Shown piece by piece: positions 26,106-30,923 of a stretch of 30,923 nt of DNA (within the stretch, counting starts at the first letter, position 1; every line of letters starts with the position of its first letter). Below the pieces are notes generated by a model. The model was given only the letters and a program-made list of their open reading frames with translations, ran no database searches and was not told the DNA's origin. The translations under genes were made by a program, and so were the position numbers. The stretch is from Myxococcales bacterium. GTDB taxonomy: Bacteria > Myxococcota_A > UBA9042 > JABWCM01 > BTVJ01. The DNA is taken from assembly GCA_045863395.1 (NCBI GenBank), contig BTVJ01000090.1, positions 1 through 30,923 of the forward strand, read 5' to 3'.

Positions 26106-26933
26106 CTACTGCCAGTCGAAGCGCCGGTAGATCTGCTGGTCGCAGGAGCCCTCGCCGCCCTGCGGCGTGCGGGCGACGGCGCCGGCGGCGATGATGGAGA
26201 CCACCACCGAGTCGGCGTTCGGGTTCTCGGACTTCGGCGGCAGCGTGAGGTTCGCGGACGTGTCCGTGGCCTTGACCTGCTTGTTGGCGACGAGCCCGAG
26301 CCCGACCACCGGGCCCCAGGCATACAACGACACCACCGACGAGCTCTCTGCCAGCGTCTCCCCCGAGTCGGAGGCGACGCCCTCGAAGGCGGGCCACGTG
26401 ACGTCCACCGGGCCGCTGGAGACCGGCCCTGATGGCGCCGTGATCGCTGGCATCTTCGGGCAGCGCAGGGTCAGCTCCGTGGTCTGGCCGCCGGCGCTCA
26501 TCTTGAGCACGTTGTCCTGGTTGGCGCGCAGCTTGGACGCGATGGAGGCGCTCACGGCGTCGCTCATGGGGACTCCGGGCGACCCGAGGTCCGCCACGGT
26601 GCCGATGGGCTCGCCGTTGATCCACAGCTCGGCGACGGAGCAGTCGGGCACCGGGCAGTTCATCCAGCCCACGACGTAGTCCACCGCCCGCTTGTTGAGC
26701 TCCGCCGGGGCGTCGGTCGCCGAGATCCGGACGTCGTTGAAGGAGAAGGCGCCATTCCCGCCTCCGCCCCCACCGCCTCCACCGCCCCCACCGCCGGTGT
26801 CGGCGCTCCCGCCTCCTCCTCCCCCGGTGTTGTTCTGTGTGTTCGAGTCGTTGTCGTCGCACGCGCCCAATGTCAAGGCTCCGGCGAGCGCCACCGCCGC
26901 CGCGCCTGCCCACCTGACCACTCCGACCCTCAT
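26106..26933 (-). CDS. Hypothetical lipoprotein with a Gly-rich linker and beta-rich domain
   Basis: Lipobox LTLGA-C, poly-Gly tether, GGAGG SD. Confidence 0.8.
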   Translation of the reverse strand: MRVGVVRWAGAAAVALAGALTLGACDDNDSNTQNNTGGGGGGSADTGGGGGGGGGGGGGNGAFSFNDVRISATDAPAELNKRAVDYVVGWMNCPVPDCSVAELWINGEPIGTVADLGSPGVPMSDAVSASIASKLRANQDNVLKMSAGGQTTELTLRCPKMPAITAPSGPVSSGPVDVTWPAFEGVASDSGETLAESSSVVSLYAWGPVVGLGLVANKQVKATDTSANLTLPPKSENPNADSVVVSIIAAGAVARTPQGGEGSCDQQIYRRFDWQ

Positions 26934-27239
26934 CGCCGGTCCTCCACGGTGTTCGGTACACGGATCCCACGCCGACCACCGGTGACGGATCCGCGTACAG
27001 TCCTACCATTGGTCGAGGTGGCTGGCCAGAGGCAGTGCTTCGGCCCATGTGCGGCTCCACCAGATCCAGTGGCCGATCCAGAACATCCCGTCGAGGGTCG
27101 TCGCGAGGCTGACTGGCGCTGGCGTGGGTTCATGAACGGGCTGAATGCGAGAGCGTGAGTGGCGCCTGGGACGTGATGTGCGGTCCTGCTCCATGGGGCG
27201 TCCCTGCTGCGCGCTTCGCTCTCGCGGGACGCACGCTCC

Positions 27240-27268
27240 TTGACAGCCGGGAGTTGAAGTCCCAGATT
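27240..27268 (+). promoter_or_regulatory. sigma70 promoter giving a probable leaderless mRNA for the ATPase
   Basis: TTGACA-17-CAGATT, 7 nt before the ATG at 27276; no SD. Confidence 0.6.
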
Positions 27269-27275
27269 GCGAACC

Positions 27276-28511
27276 ATGTATATTCAAAGAGAAATCGAAG
27301 GGAGGCTGGCCGTGCTCGCGGCCGCTACGCCCGCCATCGTGCTGACCGGAGCCAGGCAGAGCGGGAAGACGACGCTGCTGCGCTCGGTGTTCCCTGAGCA
27401 CCACTACGTCACGCTCGATCTGCCGAGCGTCGCCGAGCGCGCCGAGCGGGATCCGTCGTCCTTCCTGCGCGACCACCCGCCGCCCCTGATCGTGGACGAG
27501 GTGCAGTACGCGCCGGCGCTCTTCCGGCACCTCAAGGTGGTCATCGACGCGGATCGACACGCGCATGGCAGGTTCATCCTCACCGGGTCGCAGAAGTTCC
27601 CCCTGATGAAGGAGGTCGCCGACAGCCTCGCCGGCCGGTGCGTGTGGCTCGAGCTCGAGGGCTTCTCGCTGACCGAAGTGGCACGGGTGTGGGACGCCGA
27701 TGTCGGGGCCCCGGGCGTGCTCGAGCGGATCCTGGTGCGGGGGGGCTTCCCGGAGCTGTGGACGAACCCTCGCCTCCCCCGGGAGGACTTCCTCGCCACC
27801 TACGTGGCGACCTGCCTCGAGCGGGACGTGCGGCAGCTCATCAACGTCGGGAGCTTGCGGGACTTCGAGCGCTTCCTGCGCGCGTGCGCCGCCCGCAACG
27901 GCCAGCTCCTGGACCGGAGCGCGCTGGCCCGCGATGTCGGCGTGAGCCCGAAGACGGCCAACGCGTGGCTCAGCGTGCTCTCCGCGTCAAACCAGGTCGC
28001 CCTGCTCGAGCCCTGGTTCGTCAACGCCGGCAAGCGCATGGTCAAGTCCCCGAAGCTGTACCTGACGGACACCGGCCTGTGCGCGTTCCTGCTGGGAGTC
28101 ACCGAAGAGACGGTCGCCCGCTCTCCCTACCTCGGTTCGCTGTGGGAGACCCTGGTCTTCGCGGAGCTTCGGAAGGCCCTGATGGTCCGCCACAGGTCGG
28201 CCGCCGTCTGGTTCTACCGCGACGACCGCCAGCTCGAGGTCGACTTCCTGGTCACGGCGGGCGGTCGTGCGGATGTCGTAGAGGCGAAGTGGACCGAGCT
28301 GCCGGACGCACGCGACGCCCGCGGAGTGCGGGCCCTGCTCGCGCACGGCGAGGCGCGGCAGATCCCCGAGATGGGTGCTGCGCGTGGGTTTGTGGTCTGC
28401 CGCACGGCCGAGCCGTTCCCCATCCGCGGTGACGGACCCCGTGTGGATGCGCTCAGCCTCCCGCGGTTCATCGGTGACGTGCTCGGTCGCGCGGAGCCCG
28501 GCGCGGGGTAG
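27276..28511 (+). CDS. AAA_14 ATPase with DUF4143 / PD-(D/E)xK-like C-terminus
   Basis: TGARQSGKTT, IVDEVQY, FILTGS, DSLAGR, GGFPE, KSPKLYLTDTGL, GSLWETLV and YRDDRQLEVDFL...VEAK. Confidence 0.92.
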   Translation: MYIQREIEGRLAVLAAATPAIVLTGARQSGKTTLLRSVFPEHHYVTLDLPSVAERAERDPSSFLRDHPPPLIVDEVQYAPALFRHLKVVIDADRHAHGRFILTGSQKFPLMKEVADSLAGRCVWLELEGFSLTEVARVWDADVGAPGVLERILVRGGFPELWTNPRLPREDFLATYVATCLERDVRQLINVGSLRDFERFLRACAARNGQLLDRSALARDVGVSPKTANAWLSVLSASNQVALLEPWFVNAGKRMVKSPKLYLTDTGLCAFLLGVTEETVARSPYLGSLWETLVFAELRKALMVRHRSAAVWFYRDDRQLEVDFLVTAGGRADVVEAKWTELPDARDARGVRALLAHGEARQIPEMGAARGFVVCRTAEPFPIRGDGPRVDALSLPRFIGDVLGRAEPGAG

Positions 28512-28530
28512 GGGCCGGCGCCGTGCTTCA

Positions 28531-29014
28531 CTTGCCTCAGCGAGAGCCAACGGAGCCGCCCGTGGGGGAGAGCGCAGGTGAGCACCACTTGCCTCACCGG
28601 GCCCCTCGCCGCGACGAACGCGTCCACCTTGCGGGCGTCGGAGAGCTCGGCGAGCACCTTGTCCAGGGCCCGGCTCCGTAGCAGGAGCATCTCCAGGTCG
28701 TGCGTGTCCGTCGCGATCACGTTGGGGCTGACGGGTGGGTGTCCTTCCAGGGTGTCCCAGTCGTCGTCGACGATGCCGAGCACGCCTGCCATGGACGGGT
28801 CGCCGTCGAGGCGGACGAGGGTCCCAACCACCGAGGACTTGCCGCTGCCCAGCACAAGGGAGCAGGTCACAGCGACGCGGGGCTTCCAGAAGGCGTGGTC
28901 GTCGTCGCCTTCGACGACCAGGAAGGCGCCCGCGTGGGTCGTTCGCTGCATGCGGATCTCCGCCTCGATGTCCCCGGGACTGCGCGCCCAGGCGGCGGGC
29001 CTACCGGCCGCCAT
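28531..29014 (-). pseudogene. DUF4435 TOPRIM-like nuclease (PARIS AriB-like), apparently C-terminally truncated
   Basis: FLVVEGDDD, GK, LGIVDDDWD and TDTHDLEMLL motifs. Protein-like sequence ends after GRLRWLSLRQ (about 160 aa); the frame then runs on antisense into the ATPase gene to a stop at 28214. Confidence 0.7.
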
Positions 29015-30383
29015 TCTCCCCCCCGTCCAGCGCGACGAGCAGGTCCGACCGCGCGCCGACGATGAAGGGCGAGTGGGTGGCGAGCACCACGTCGCGCTTC
29101 ACCGCGTCCGTGATGCGCAAGAGGTCGTCCAGGAAGGTCTTCTGCCACGCGACGTGCAGGGACAGCTCCGGCTCGTCGATGAGCACGAGGGTCTCGGGCT
29201 CCGTTCTGAAGAGCAGACCGTAGTGGAGGATCAGCTCGTGCTGCTCACCCGACGACAGCGAGCCGGGGTCGATGACGCGACCGTCGCTCAGCTCGACGAC
29301 GAAGCCCTTCTGCCGGTCGATGCGCAGGCGCTTGTTGCGGAGTCGCCCATTGAGCCCTTCGACGAGCAGGCGGGTGCGGGTGGCCACGGTGTCGAGGACT
29401 GCCAGCTTCTGCGCCGTGTCGTTCACGTACAGGGTCAGGGCGCGGCGCTGTGAGTCGTCGAGCTTCTGGAGCGGTGCCGCCTGCGGGGCGGCGGCGTCGT
29501 CGCCGAGGATCCCGAGCGTCGCGAGCTCCGTGCGCTTCTCTTCGATGTCTTCGAGGCGGCGTGCCAATTCCAGGTCGCTGAGTGGCTCCAGGTGCTCCGT
29601 CATGAGCCGGACCGGGTAGGTCTGGTCGAGCCGCTGCGAGCTGCTCGCATAGACTGACAGCTCGTTGCGGAGCCTGTCGCCCAGGTGTCGCGCGCACTCC
29701 CGGGCCGACGCCTCTACGGGCGGGCGCTCGACTCCGGTGAAGCGGCGTCGGTCCAGGGTCTCCACGCGCATCAGGCGCTGGGCCTCGATGAAGTGGACGC
29801 GGATGTCGGCGCGGTGCTGCTCGAACGGCACGGGCTGCGTCAGGATTCCGCACCGCCCGAGTATCTCGGCGAGGGGCCCAACGTCTCCGACCTCTCCATC
29901 GACCCAGAGGCCGCCGTCGAGCGGGCGGACTCACGGGGGCATTCTCTTGCGCGCGGCCGAGCCGTCCAGCAGATCGAGTTCCTTGACCTCTGCGTCGGCG
30001 CCTCGCGGCTGGTACCTGAACTCCAGCGCTCGCGTTGGGCCGCCGCCGCGCTTGGTCTTGCCGGCCTGGGGCCGCACCTCGAAGATCGTGCCGTCGGTGA
30101 GCTCCACCTGGAACCGCTCGTAGGGTACCTCCGCCAGCCTCGATGGGTCTCCGCGGAACAAGGCGTCGATCATGCGGAGCAGCACCGTCTTGCCGATGCC
30201 GTTGGGACCGTGGAGGATCGTGACCCGCTCCCCGAGGTCCCGCTTCAGCACGATCCGGTGGTGGTAGAGGCCGAAGAGGCTCCACACCTCGACGCGGGCG
30301 ACGGCGCGGGGAGCCCTCGCGGTGCCGTTGCGCGCTTCGGTGGCCTTCTTTCCTTGGCCGCGCGGTGCGGCGGGCACTGCCAT
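29001..30383 (-). pseudogene. ABC-type ATPase (AAA_15/AAA_21, PARIS AriA-like) interrupted by an in-frame TGA at 29933-29931
   Basis: Walker A GPNGIGKT in the 5' part; LSSGEQHE, LIDEPELSLH and LATHSP in the 3' part. The two ORF-track pieces are in the same frame, separated only by TGA (MPP*VRPLDGGLWVD). GGAGG SD before the ATG at 30383. Confidence 0.85.
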
Positions 30384-30496
30384 GGGTGGTCCTCCACTGC
30401 GTTGATGGCTGCGCGGGTTCCGGCCCGTCAAGGCCCCGGGGCGCCCATGGTACTCCACGGGCCGTCGGCCGCAAGTCGGTCCCGCCCTGGCGTCGT

Positions 30497-30754
30497 GGAC
30501 GCCCCGGGGACCCGAAACATCCAGGTCGTCGCCGATCCCATCGACGTGCGACGGCTCACAGAAGCCTGCGGAGGCTCCGCGCATCGACCTGCGACGCGTG
30601 AAATATCCATGGTGCGAGGCACCCGATGGACCTGCGAGGCGTCACAACCCGACCCGTTGGCGCATCCCATCGACGTTCGACGCCGCAAAAGTCGATGCGG
30701 GGAGCCGCGACCTCGACCTTCGACGCCTCACCAGGTCGGCGCGTGCCTCATCGG
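30497..30754. repeat. Non-coding tandem array with a 43-bp period (five clear units plus one degenerate unit)
   Basis: An ATCGACSTKCGACGC-like core starts at 30540, 30583, 30626, 30669 and 30712, each exactly 43 bp apart. Confidence 0.8.
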
Positions 30755-30806
30755 GTGGTTGTTTCGGATCGTCGGGGCGGTCCCTGCGGGGGGGAGTCGC
30801 CGGGCG

Positions 30807-30923
30807 TTACGCCTCGGCGGGTTGCGCCTCGGGCGCCGCGTCCTCGTCCGGCGCGGCCTCATGGCCACCGGACGAGGCGCTCGGGAAGAAGGCCTCGGGC
30901 CAGTCGCGGCCGAGCCGCTGCTT
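30807..30923 (-). CDS. 3' end of an unidentified gene entering from the right edge
   Basis: Open frame KQRLGRDWPEAFFPSASSGGHEAAPDEDAAPEAQPAEA* with GC3-biased codons; TAA at 30809-30807. Confidence 0.55.
   Translation of the reverse strand, partial: KQRLGRDWPEAFFPSASSGGHEAAPDEDAAPEAQPAEA

Noticed and set aside
26934..27239. Missing ariB 3' end or a small gene in this intergenic stretch
   Set aside because: None of the three minus-strand frames resembles a DUF4435 C-terminus, and the short ORFs lack SD sites and codon bias.
29911..29933. Selenocysteine recoding of the ariA TGA via the downstream CCGCC/GGCGG hairpin
   Set aside because: The stem is only 5 bp in very GC-rich DNA and lies too close to the codon for a typical bacterial SECIS; the context is not a redox Cys site. 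A Trp-to-stop mutation is simpler.
30497..30754. Canonical CRISPR array
   Set aside because: The repeats are degenerate, the 43-bp period is too short, the spacers resemble one another, and there are no cas genes in the window; reported as a non-CRISPR array instead.

Overview
A very GC-rich bacterial chromosome segment whose gene content (Cys-rich CDDGDPCT-repeat lipoprotein, myxobacterial-style PAAR and DUF2169 genes) suggests Myxococcota or a related deltaproteobacterium (inference). About 1-17 kb is mostly housekeeping: an RpoD-like sigma factor, grpE, a eukaryote-type UDP-sugar pyrophosphorylase, a hypothetical protein with an HhH-GPD-like C-terminus, a sensor-less hybrid kinase, rluB, an M50 protease, xerD, glnD, a Cys-rich lipoprotein, an outer-membrane barrel and moeA. 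At 17.1-21.4 kb, between moeA and asd, is an orphan contractile-injection spike module with its own promoter: gp5/gpV-only spike, PAAR, a DUF2169 adaptor with large repetitive inserts, and an internally triplicated Pro/Met-rich protein. At 22.4-27 kb are a DUF3006-like lipoprotein, radC behind a sigma54 promoter, an FmdB zinc ribbon, two more lipoproteins, a YbjN-like protein and a protein carrying an FrpC-type Asp-Pro self-processing module. At 27.2-30.75 kb is a defence-like island: an AAA_14/DUF4143 ATPase, a PARIS-like AriA/AriB pair with two lesions (in-frame TGA in ariA, truncated ariB), and a non-coding 43-bp-period repeat array upstream of ariA. All family calls come from motif recognition by eye; no searches were run.
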